Source: Minutocellus sp. GHC0000111 (taxonomy: Eukaryota). Taken from it: DNA of 64,000 nt. The notes under the pieces are model-generated. The model was not told where the DNA came from, did not search any database, and saw only the letters and a program-made list of their open reading frames with translations. Positions 14,403 to 24,248 of this stretch are shown one piece after another (within the stretch, counting starts at the first letter, position 1; the number at the start of each line of letters is the position of its first letter). Made by a program: the position numbers and the translations under genes. The stretch covers positions 3,906,001-3,970,000 of the forward strand of contig OZ361259.1 in the NCBI GenBank assembly GCA_977018835.1, in the 5' to 3' direction.

Positions 14403-15431
14403 ATGAGCCAATCTTGCAGGGAACAAGTGGGACAAGTGGAGGAGGAAGACTGGTCCTCGTTCATGTGTTCCGATGGAACGGCGTTTGGCAGGCATGAGGA
14501 GATAATTCTCAACATCTCGGGCGGGTGCGTGAGTAGCACTTCATACAACGACGGTGGTGAGGGAGGGAGACAGCAGATCTCGATTCAATGCGTGTCTGCC
14601 CTGTCGCCGCTGGACATGATCGACATGTACAACGGCTCTCAAGATGCTACTGGCAATCGGGTATGGACCGGTGCTTTACTTTTCCTCGAGGCATTTGCTC
14701 GCACTTTGCCCATGGAAGAGAATGCTCCATGTGTGGCTGATAATGGTAGATCGAAAGATGACCTGTCGTCGAGAACGAGTACCAAGAATGACTGTATCGC
14801 TACCCCAACACAGACCAAACTACGTGAGCTGAGAACACGGGCCTTCAACAACAAAGCTATCATTGAGCTTGGATGTGGCACAGGCATTTCGGGGATATCT
14901 TTATTGGTGGCCAATGTGGATACTCCCTCCACCGTCACATTCACAAACTTTGATAAGCCGGCGTTGGACCTGTGCAGGAGAAATTGCGAGTCTAATATCG
15001 ACGAACAGTCAAGATACAGTATCCAACAGCTCGAGTGGGGGTCTTCGTTGCCGGAAGGGATTGTGCCGGTTTCATTTGATACAGTGATTGCGACGGACGT
15101 CCTTTATGATATATCCTCTTTGGCGCCACTGATGCATGCAGCTTCCAAATTAGTGAAAGCCGATGGCTACTTTATCCTATCGCATGTACCTCGAGCGTCG
15201 ATAGATGCTGGCGACGATGGAACAGAATCGACAGCAGTGGCGAGTGCAGATGTATTGGAAACCTTGATCGTAGCAGAAGCGGAGAAACAAGGGCTGTGCT
15301 TTGAAACCCCCCTCCGTCCCAGCGAATTATCTTCCATTTGGGACGGGAAATCGCTGAACAAGACATCCTTCGCGGCAATGGACAGCGTCGGGTCTGCAGT
15401 GCTGGTCTTTCGAAAGCCGCAACGTGATTGA
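14403..15431 (+). CDS. Methyltransf_16 / METTL21-like protein lysine methyltransferase
   Basis: TGNRVWTGALL, IIELGCGTGISG, LEWG and FDTVIATDVLYD motifs. The post-motif-I acidic residue appears as N (FTNFD). Confidence 0.85.
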   Translation: MSQSCREQVGQVEEEDWSSFMCSDGTAFGRHEEIILNISGGCVSSTSYNDGGEGGRQQISIQCVSALSPLDMIDMYNGSQDATGNRVWTGALLFLEAFARTLPMEENAPCVADNGRSKDDLSSRTSTKNDCIATPTQTKLRELRTRAFNNKAIIELGCGTGISGISLLVANVDTPSTVTFTNFDKPALDLCRRNCESNIDEQSRYSIQQLEWGSSLPEGIVPVSFDTVIATDVLYDISSLAPLMHAASKLVKADGYFILSHVPRASIDAGDDGTESTAVASADVLETLIVAEAEKQGLCFETPLRPSELSSIWDGKSLNKTSFAAMDSVGSAVLVFRKPQRD

Positions 15432-15492
15432 GATGATGTGAAATGATTTCTCTGGCCTCATCATAATCTTCGCAATGCCACCGTCGCGCATC

Positions 15493-15798
15493 CCACTGGA
15501 ACTGGCGACGCCTTCATTGCGGGGTACATCATGAGCCTGGTCGCGCAGAATCTACCCTTTGACCATTGCATATCGTTCGATTGGGACAGCAGCACCAGCA
15601 TTGCGAACGATGATATCAGCGACGTTGTATAGTGTAACCTCACCATGTTTCGATTGCGCTTTGCATCGTGGGTGGCCGGGAGGAAGCTCGGAGGTCCAGG
15701 AGCCCAGGGTGCCCTGCCATCGGCCAAGGACGTCGATGAATGCCTTGGCGTCACATATGCGAGCGTCCAAGAGAAGCTGGGGGTATTGGTTGGTTGAC
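15493..15798 (+). pseudogene. PfkB kinase 3' fragment (inverted duplicate) with an in-frame TAG
   Basis: TGTGDAFIAGYIMSLVAQNLPFDHC...DVV*CNLTMFRLRFASWVAGRKLGG...LVG*; homologous to 8515-8810 and has no 5' part. Confidence 0.9.
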
Positions 15799-15940
15799 AA
15801 TGCGGGCCAAAGGTAAGAATGGAGTAAGTATGTGCTGTGTCCAAAAGAAATATCGCGATTTTGCATGCAGCAATTTCATACTACTTTATCCTTCTACCAA
15901 TTCTAACTCCAAAAGGTTCCTCCTCTACCCATTCCCCTCC

Positions 15941-16363
15941 TTAGAACGCATCCTCGTCCTCGTCAAACTCAGCCTCCTCTTCCGCCGACGCGTCTTGATA
16001 CTTCATTCGCAAAAGAGAAATGTAGGGAGGGAAACATATGTATGTGAGAGATGGTTTCAAAGGGGAAAGAGAAGAAATACCAATAATGCTACGCAAAGCC
16101 CTGTAGATGTACTCGCCTGCTGATACTCCGACACCAAATCATTGAGGTTGGACTCGGCCTCGGTGAACTCCATCTCGTCCATGCCCTCGCCGGTGTACCA
16201 GTGGAGGAAGGCCTTGCGACGGAACATGACAGTGAACTGCTCGGCGACGCGCTTCCAGGTCTCCTGGACGGCGGTGGTGTTGCCAACGAAGGTGGTGGCC
16301 ATCTTGAGGCCCTTGGGGGGGATGTCGCAGATGGAGGCCTTGACGTTGTTGGGGATCCACTCG
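15941..16363 (-). pseudogene. TUBB: 5'-truncated beta-tubulin fragment containing a GC-AG intron (16001-16116)
   Basis: EWIPNNVK...SEYQQ|gcgagt...gaatgaag|[19 protein letters not shown]. Homology to copy 1 ends abruptly at 16363. Confidence 0.9.
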
Positions 16364-17243
16364 CTTCAGGTTCAAATATTAGCTTATTAGTATCCAGGTA
16401 AGTAACAATTCGTCGTGGACCGAACAACTTAAGAGGTACTTTAGGGAAATCAAACCATCTTGCCATATTCATCTACCACGTACGACGTCGCTACTAGACT
16501 AGTGTAGAGAACTCTATGAGGCGACTAGTCTGATTCGCGACTGCAAGGCAAGAGTAGAAAATGGAAGGAGAAGGTCTTCTTGATGAGAAAATAAATACAA
16601 TGGTCTAAGAGAAGTAATCGACAATCACACGTTTCCATCTGATGTACCTACTAGCTAGCTAGAAATAGCCCCATACAGTCTCTACTTACTCTATTGCGGC
16701 ATTCAGGCCCTCAGTCAGACGGAACAAATCCTTACGAGCGTCACCAAGGTGACCACAGATGCGAGTGGCAGCCTCTCTGTAATTCTCCACAGATGCTTGC
16801 ATCCGAGCAGCAGGAGAAGCCAAAAGAGCCCGATTCCTTTCCCTGCTCTTCATTTTATTGGTTGATTGTATAGTACTTCGTAACTACTTAGCATAAAACA
16901 AACAAATTGCGAATTCATTCATTTACTACATACAATTAATTGTACCTAGGTATAGATTTACGATGGCTAGTAGGTGCTAATACGATATTGTCTATCTTTA
17001 TCGTCATTGTCAACTACTCTTGGTCAGGACGAGTATTGCGAACGCCGTAGTACAAATACTACAGTATTGCCGAAGGCACGCAGAATGACAAAAAGGGAGT
17101 GTCGACAATCAGAAAGATGGGCTGGGATAGGGCGTCCTTCAGTAAAGCCACGTCGTACTCTATCATCAATTCTTACAGGTATCGTTGCTCATTATTGCAT
17201 CCGACTAATTAAGTACTCAGCACCAGTGCCCTATCTACAGAAT

Positions 17244-17709
17244 TTAAGATTCTCTTTGTGGAGAGGCAAACTCAGTTTCCATTCTCGCAATCTCTTCTTT
17301 CATGATAGTGTCGGCAAGCTCCTGGATGCCACCATTCTCCATTATCGTGGCGGTGTGAGCAACAAGGGCATCGATTTCCGCTTTGTGGATCTCCTCAAGA
17401 TACCTTTCCACTTCATCGTCTCCCCCCCATTCCCCATCATCATCTTTTGGACCCACTTCCAACTCATCGATCCTTTCAGTGCGGCGACCTTTCAATGTAT
17501 GCAGCCTTGGCCTGGCTCGACAAAAGGTCAACGATTTCCGCATGATCCATTGTGCATAATCCCACAAAGAAGAGCTCATTTATTCTTTCGACTAAACAAC
17601 AATTGTGTCGTTGTGGAGTCACTATTGAATGCCCTTCTCGCGTCGACAACACAGCGCCTTCTGATGAGTGCTTCGTAGAAGTGACTACGTAGCTTGATAC
17701 AGAAGGCAA
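17244..17709 (-). pseudogene. Probable degraded coding remnant of unknown function
   Basis: Two overlapping minus-strand frames give protein-like acidic helical sequence (LVERINELFFVGL... / DDEVERYLEEIHKAEIDALV...). No recognised domain. Confidence 0.3.
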
Positions 17710-17817
17710 CCAGAGACCGGAGCTTACTATAATTCTTGGTCAGTGGGCTACTTTTCAGAATTCAAGGAATCTCAAAACATCGGCCAAACAGGCACCGGGG
17801 CCGAGATTGCACATGTA

Positions 17818-18046
17818 GGGCGCGGGTCTGGTCATCGGGGTAGAGCGAGAGGATGGGTTTTCTTCTAAGGGGGCGGGGCGCGTGTCTGATCATCAGGCGA
17901 GCGAGCAGGTTGAATTTTTCTTTTGGGAGATCGGGGCGCATGTCTGGTCATCAGGGCATGGTAGATCAGGATTTCTCGGTGACGACGTACGATCGTAGCA
18001 GAGCAGTGACCATGATAGATGCATGTAGATGCTTGATTTGGCCCTG
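17818..18046 (+). repeat. Three copies of a GGGCGC(R)KGTCTG(G/A)TCATCRGG motif, related to 10450-10506
   Basis: Copies at ~17818-17840, ~17875-17897 and ~17924-17958. Confidence 0.7.
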
Positions 18047-18187
18047 TTGATCAAATCGAGCCAAAATAAACTAACTACCTTAAACCAAACTCCTGATGAC
18101 AAAGTAATTACTACGTAGTAGTGCTACACAATCCGCTGCCTCCTTACCCTCCTAGCTAGTCTCCTCACTTTTCGAGCAATCGATCTA

Positions 18188-18941
18188 TATGTTAGTCCCA
18201 AAATGCGCACTGTCCCAGTTCGCGAACTGGGATCCCAGTTTGCGAACTAGGATTAATTTATCCCAGTTTGGAAACTGGGATCATAGGCACAATCTCAGTT
18301 TGCAAACTGGGATCAATCGAGAAATAATGAATATTTAGCATGGATGATATCGCCTTTGCTTCTCCTCGCTTCATTTTTTCATAGTGAAGCAACACAGCCC
18401 AAACCTGGTCCAGACGTCCAGACGACATTAGTGCCGGAGCTGATACTCAACAAATTGGCATTAGCTGATACAAAATACATATAGTGAATAAATAATAATA
18501 TCTAGCTAGCTGCTTCTGGCAAATATAAGTCATGAACTGTACATGCATCTGTGCTATGCCGGCATCATGTTGCTACTGTACCAGTACATGTAGCTTGCAA
18601 ATTCAAGATATGATGCACAGTGCAACTTGTATTGTAGATAGATCTACCAGTACATAATCATTGTGCATGAGCCAACACCGGCAGTTACCATTCTGACACT
18701 TGCCGAGAATGCCAGTTTCCAAACTGGTATTCATTTTTGTTCCAGTTCGCGAACTCGTCAGGTTCCCAAATTCGGATTGGCGTGTTTATCTCAGTTTCCA
18801 TTCTGGTAGTATCAGTGCGCAAACTGAGATCCTAGTTTGGGAACTGGGGCCCAGTGCGCAAACTGGGATAAATGAATCTCAGTTCGCAAACTGGGATCCC
18901 AGTTCGCGAACTGGGACAGTGCGCATTTTGGGACTAACATA
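18188..18941. mobile_element. MITE (non-autonomous TIR element) with TA target-site duplication; Tc1/mariner-type
   Basis: 61-bp perfect TIR (TATGTTAGTCCCAAAATGCGCACTGTCCCAGTTCGCGAACTGGG...), imperfect to ~92 bp, flanked by TA on both sides. About 12 subterminal palindromes CCCAGTTYGCRAACTGGG. AT-rich core with no transposase-like ORF. Confidence 0.93.
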
Positions 18942-19006
18942 TACACATTGCCTCTACACTCTCACGACTCTCACTCACATTCAAGCAAGCAAGCAAATAT
19001 CCCACC

Positions 19007-20188
19007 ATGACCCCAACTCCAACCAAGCATACCCAGCACACCAACAATACCACCCCTCAAGCTCAAGGAAACAGCACACCTGCCCTCAAAGCAGCTGTTT
19101 CTGCATCAAGGATGGGGGACTTTGAGCATTCCCAAGCCGAGGAGAATCATCAAAATGCAAAGCAGAGGTATGATGAGAAGAAAGAAGAGATCTCCGAGTT
19201 AGAGGCACAAGAGGAAATAGCCAAACAAAAAAGAGATGACGAGATCCAAAAGGCCAGGAGGAAGATCCAAAAAGCTAGGCAGGCCTACGAGGTCGAAAGC
19301 AAACACATCGGTCAAAAGATCTTACTGGCCAGGAAGGACCTCCATGGACTTGAAATTGAGTGCCGCAATGGTTTTGTTGCGGTCCAAAGTACCGCACGTC
19401 GAGCCAAATGTGCTCAGGTTGATGTTCTTGTACACAACGGTGGCGTTCAAAGGGCCGCCGACATTATTGTAGCTCATACTCTCAACTCACCCATGCAAGG
19501 CTCGGATATTCGTTCTGCAGATCAGCCTCCTCCTTTTGCTCTGCCTTCTCCTGCTCCTGTCGGTACCGCCGCCGCCGCTGCTGCTGGAAGGGGTGGCGGT
19601 GGTAACACCCGCCGTTCCGCCCGTCTGTCAACCTCTCGGCACGCCACGCCCAGCATGCTCGCCGGCGAGTCAAAACCCACCAATAGAGACGGTGGAGACG
19701 TTGGTGCCTGGAATGAGACAAAGTTCCAACCGAAGCAAATTATTTCAGAGTCGGAGCCGTGGTCCAAGTGTGATGATGAGGATGACATAATCTCCATATC
19801 TTCCGGCGGGTCCGAGTCCGATGATGATATCAACAAATGTGGTCGCCGCTCCAATAAGAAGGCGCCGGCAAAGTCTTCCAAAAAGAAGATGCCAGCTAAG
19901 ACTCCAAATTCCAGGAGGAAGCGCATCAAAGACATGACTCCTGAAGAATACAAGGCTTATCGTCGACCAATAAATAGGAGAGGGCAAGCATCCTATCGGG
20001 CAAAAGCAATGGAAAAGGAGGGAAAGCTCGACGATGCTTTAGAATTGATCAGCAGGTCTCCAGCTCTTCAGAAGCAAAAGAACGCGGACAACCATTTAAA
20101 GTTTGCCAACAAAGTGGTCGATATCATGGCTGACACCCGAAAGGATGCATTTGCCTTGGCCAAGGACATGATTGCTAGTATAGATTAA
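19007..20188 (+). CDS. Hypothetical protein: N-terminal coiled coil and C-terminal bZIP-like basic region
   Basis: 393-aa intronless ORF. KAYRRPINRRGQASYRAKAMEK resembles the bZIP N-x7-R basic motif. Confidence 0.55.
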   Translation: MTPTPTKHTQHTNNTTPQAQGNSTPALKAAVSASRMGDFEHSQAEENHQNAKQRYDEKKEEISELEAQEEIAKQKRDDEIQKARRKIQKARQAYEVESKHIGQKILLARKDLHGLEIECRNGFVAVQSTARRAKCAQVDVLVHNGGVQRAADIIVAHTLNSPMQGSDIRSADQPPPFALPSPAPVGTAAAAAAGRGGGGNTRRSARLSTSRHATPSMLAGESKPTNRDGGDVGAWNETKFQPKQIISESEPWSKCDDEDDIISISSGGSESDDDINKCGRRSNKKAPAKSSKKKMPAKTPNSRRKRIKDMTPEEYKAYRRPINRRGQASYRAKAMEKEGKLDDALELISRSPALQKQKNADNHLKFANKVVDIMADTRKDAFALAKDMIASID

Positions 20189-20394
20189 ATCCAATTTGCT
20201 TCAATGATATAATAATACCCCTCCTTAGCATCAGTAGTGGGTTCGCCGACGAATCTATGCTTCGCGTGACTACCACCCGAGCCCATTGCTTCTTTCGATC
20301 AGTAGTAGGTTTTGTTCGGAGAAAGTCCACAGTCATGAGCTCAATAATTTTTGCGAAGATATATTCACTCGCCGCCTATCGCCTGACGAGGCAA

Positions 20395-21687
20395 CTAATG
20401 TGCCACAAGCCGAACTCGCAGCAGATCTCGACCTACGCCGCTATCGTAGCTCTTCACAGTCTCGACCTTGAGTGTACACTCCATTTCCTCTCCCGACGAA
20501 TCAACCTTTACAACCATCGATTCCGCCGCCTGCCGGAATGCATCGGCACCACCACCGACGCCAAAGTAGTATCGCTTGGTCGCCACAAGACCAACGCCGG
20601 TGTCGACCTTTAGGTGTCTGGCCAATAGCTCGGCTGTATCCTTTGATGAATCTTCAGTGTATGTCGTCTCGGCAGCCAGTATCAGATCGAAACGGCCATC
20701 ATCGGGCAACGGCAGTGCTGTTGCTGCTGCCGCATTGTTGTTCAGCGCCTCCTCATCAACAGCAGCAATGGAACCATCCTGCAATCGTTTGGACAGGTCC
20801 ATCCAATCACCCGCCACGCAACCCACGCAGCCTTTGACCTTACCCCATTCGTTGGCATCGTTCGGACACGGTCGGTCGCCATCCATGTTCAGAATAATGT
20901 TGGGAACGGTAGCATCGCGCAGAACGAATTCGTTGTAGTCGGAAAACAGGACGGAGTATCCATCTTCACCGGTGGCGTTCCTGCTCCCATTGTTTGCTTC
21001 ATCATCATTGTCTGCCCATCGCTTGCGCAACTCCCGCAAGACCAGGCACGCAGGCAGACCATGTCCGCAGCCGAGTTCCATCGTCTTGCCCGTCTTGGAT
21101 AGGGCATGGTACACATCATTTTTCTTTGATGGGTGGTCGTCGTCATGGATATCACCACTATTGCTTGCACCAGCTGCCTGCTCCAAGCGCACCATCTCCT
21201 TGGCCAAGTGGCGGCACAGGTCCAAGCTGCACTCCCACACCTTGAGTCCGCCCTCGTACACGCCTGGGATGAGGTCGGTATTGACCAACGATTCTCTGTT
21301 CAAGGCAGCATCTCCCGACAGCGACGGTGGTGCCTTTTGGTCTGGGGGGAAGACGACTCGGCGAAGGGGTTGGACTCTTGGCGTTGCTGTCGACGACGAG
21401 GCATTAGAGGCATCGGCAGCTGCATCTGCAACGGTGGCGGGAGTGCCATCACCGCCGCCACCGTCGAGCAGCGGGACGTACTCAAAGAGCGTGTCGGACT
21501 CAAACACCGATGTGATGGCGTCCGACATGTCGAGGACCGATAGCTGGGGCTTGCTGCTGCCGGCCGAAGCGGAGTGAGCCTCACCTGACACATCTTGAGG
21601 TGCCTGCTGCTCCTGCTGCTGCTGCTCGGCATCGTTGCCGACACTGCCCCCATCCTTGGCTGGCAGATCGAAGCCAAACTTGAACAT
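20395..21687 (-). CDS. METTL18: Histidine protein methyltransferase METTL18/Hpm1-like
   Basis: MFKFGF N-terminus, DLIPGVYEGGLKVWECSLDL, MELGCGHGLP, FSDYNEFVL, FDLILAAETTY and ATKRYYFGVGGG. Confidence 0.88.
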   Translation of the reverse strand: MFKFGFDLPAKDGGSVGNDAEQQQQEQQAPQDVSGEAHSASAGSSKPQLSVLDMSDAITSVFESDTLFEYVPLLDGGGGDGTPATVADAAADASNASSSTATPRVQPLRRVVFPPDQKAPPSLSGDAALNRESLVNTDLIPGVYEGGLKVWECSLDLCRHLAKEMVRLEQAAGASNSGDIHDDDHPSKKNDVYHALSKTGKTMELGCGHGLPACLVLRELRKRWADNDDEANNGSRNATGEDGYSVLFSDYNEFVLRDATVPNIILNMDGDRPCPNDANEWGKVKGCVGCVAGDWMDLSKRLQDGSIAAVDEEALNNNAAAATALPLPDDGRFDLILAAETTYTEDSSKDTAELLARHLKVDTGVGLVATKRYYFGVGGGADAFRQAAESMVVKVDSSGEEMECTLKVETVKSYDSGVGRDLLRVRLVAH

Positions 21688-21989
21688 GCTTGTTGAGCCG
21701 GTTAATTGATTGATTGATTGATTGTCAACTGTCAAGGCTGATGCGATGGTCTTCTTTGCATGCATGAAACACTGCTGCGCTGGCAGAAAAGAAATGGACG
21801 GCCGAGAGCCGACGTCGGCGAAGCCTCAAACTTCACCGATATCTAAGCAGTCGAGTTAGTCAGATGTGTGTCGTCAGCGGACAAGAAGATGTGGCGCCAA
21901 GATGCTGACGAGGCCGAGCCCTGGATGCCATCATAATTGATGCATCGGATACGCCACAAAGTAAACCCAACACATAAGTATATACAATA

Positions 21990-23322
21990 ATGCCCTCCAC
22001 GAACCGACGAAGCAAGTTGACCGCCGCTGCCATTGCAGCGACAGCTGCCATGTCAGGCACGTCCGAGGCATTCTCTCCCGTCGTCTCGAGAACAAATGAT
22101 GGTGCTTCCATGAGCATCATGAAGAATAAGGCGGCAGCATCAGCGCTGCGCATGTCTGCCGCGGACGATGAGGTGGCCAAGCTCCGAGCTGCCGCCCAAA
22201 AGGCTCGGGAGGAGGCCCAGGCTCTGGCCAAGGTGAGTTTGCCTTTTAATAGTACCATGGTAGACCAAGCGATATTGTTCATCCTGCAAAATAAATGTAT
22301 ATTTCTCACATCATCGCAACCCATGCATTCCTTCTTGCTACAATCAGGCCATGGGAAAGGATCTCGACACCATCGACAAGCCGAATGTACCGGAGGCACC
22401 GCCGGTCAAGGACATTAGCAACGAGGAGGTGGCCACCATCTCCACCTCCATCGACTTTGAGGGTGGCGATGCCGCTTCGCAGACCGAACGGCTGGACCAG
22501 CTCGTGCAAAGCGGCGACTTTGCCCTCTGGAAGAGTGCCGTGTCCGGCATCAACCCCCTTCGGACCTATCCCGTGTCGTTGGACTTTCTGTCGAGCCGGA
22601 CCGGAGATCAAATCACCGGCGAGAGCTTGGGCATTAGCGGTGAGATGGACGTCAGCCTCGACGACTTTAAGGATGCCACCATCGCCGTGACGTTGGGTTC
22701 GACCATTCTCGCCATTGGCAGTCTGGCTGTTTTGCCGCCCAACGTTGGTGCCACCTTTTGCTATCTGTTTGCGTTGATCCCGGTTGGTTTCATTGCGGTA
22801 GGTTCGACCGCACCGGGCATCATTGCCGCTGCCATTGCCTCCACTCAGGGTACGGCCGATGACCAAGCAAAGCGCGAGGATCGCATCTGCAGACACGAGG
22901 CCGGGCATATGCTGTGCGGGTACCTGTGCGGTCTGCCCGTCAAGAACTACGAGATTACCGATACCGGCTTTCCCTGCGTGGAGTTCTTCCCCGCCGGGGA
23001 GGGCGATGCCACCGGACGGGAGCTGAGTCAGGAGGAGATTGCCGCCCTTTCCGTCGTGGCCATGAGTGGATCGGTGGCCGAGGCTCTTTCTCTCGGCGAT
23101 GCCAAGGTCGGTGAGAACGATCTTTTGGAGCTCCAAAGTCTGTTTCAGCGGAGCAAGGAGTTCATCGGTGCCGCGAAGCAGCAGGAATTGACTCGATGGG
23201 GAGCGTTGACGGCCTATCAGCTCATCAATGCCAACAAGGACAAGTACGAAGCCCTGGTGGGGGCCTTCAAGGCCAAGAAGAGCGTTTCCGAATGCGTCGC
23301 CGTCATCGAAGGTCGGGCCTAA
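21990..23322 (+). CDS. Plastid-targeted FtsH-M41-like zinc metalloprotease without an AAA domain (VIR3-like); exons 21990-22232 and 22348-23322
   Basis: Bipartite presequence (SEA-FSP, ASAFAP type), two transmembrane helices and RICRHEAGHMLCGYLCGLPV (HExxH). GTGAGT...CAG intron 22233-22347 is in frame. Confidence 0.8.
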
Positions 23323-23425
23323 TTGCCAAAGATGGCTCAGCTACAAGGCTCTATCTATCTACGTAGAAAGCTAATAATCCTACTACATTAAATGCATATA
23401 TAAAACTACAGCAATTCAATCAATA

Positions 23426-23995
23426 TCAAGTCGCCAAAGACTCGTCCGTGTACATGACGCCATTGAAGCTGTTGGAGAATGCTTGCGAGCGACCCTTGGT
23501 TGCAACGGTATACGTCGCATAGCTCGGTGCCTTGCGTCCGATCTCATTGGCCGTTGTGGTGTAGAGTGGATCCTCATGCTTGGGATTGTGCCTGTAAGAC
23601 GCCAATGCTTGTTCGATCTCCTCTCTACTCGCTTCTTTGTCTACATATGATGCCGGTTGGGTTGACGGAGTCGACAATTTTCCGCTCGTGCTACTGGTAT
23701 GACCAATTGTGTGCCTCTTGGGCATTCTCGTAGACATGATGGCAGCAAGGGCGGAATCAGAGTTTGGGATCCCCTCTCCAATTCGGTCCGATTCTCGTCT
23801 GTAGAGAAAGCTTAGATCTACGTCGTGTTGCTTACAATTAGAGGAAGTGGTAGTAGTAGTCCGCTGAAGAGTATCCTCTTGCTGCCTCGCGGCCATTTCC
23901 TGAAGTCCAACCAGTGATAGACCGTAGGTCTGATTGGACGTTGCCAAGAAGGGATTGCTGTTAGGCTTGGGCTCGGGCTTTTCGGGCTGGCTCAT
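23426..23995 (-). CDS. PIERCE1/2 (C9orf116/FAP182, DUF4490)-like axonemal microtubule inner protein
   Basis: NPFLATSNQTYG and DPLYTTTANEIGRKAPS...SQAFSNSFNGVMYTDESLAT resemble the PIERCE motif (YRTSNQxYGSRAP...SxKFS...GMFRNNxLN), recalled from memory. Confidence 0.65.
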   Translation of the reverse strand: MSQPEKPEPKPNSNPFLATSNQTYGLSLVGLQEMAARQQEDTLQRTTTTTSSNCKQHDVDLSFLYRRESDRIGEGIPNSDSALAAIMSTRMPKRHTIGHTSSTSGKLSTPSTQPASYVDKEASREEIEQALASYRHNPKHEDPLYTTTANEIGRKAPSYATYTVATKGRSQAFSNSFNGVMYTDESLAT

Positions 23996-24248
23996 TTGCT
24001 TTGGGATCTCGATTGTGAGGGCGGAACGATGAACGGTACGATCGCACCTAGATCTAGGTGAGCGGTGAGTGAAATTTTTTCGCTGATGACACTTCATGCA
24101 ATCACCCAAAATCAGGAAATCACAAAAGCAGGAACATCTCTACAATTGTACTACACACAGTACAGTACACTGTACGCACTAGCTACGTCGCTTGAGTACG
24201 GAGAATATGCAACAGAGTTCACCTTAACCTCACTACTCAGCGTGCGTA

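Noticed and set aside
18210..18920. Regularly spaced palindromic repeats resembling a CRISPR array or REP elements
   Set aside because: The spacers are only 2-30 bp and irregular, the repeats lie inside a TIR-bounded element, the context is eukaryotic and there are no cas genes.
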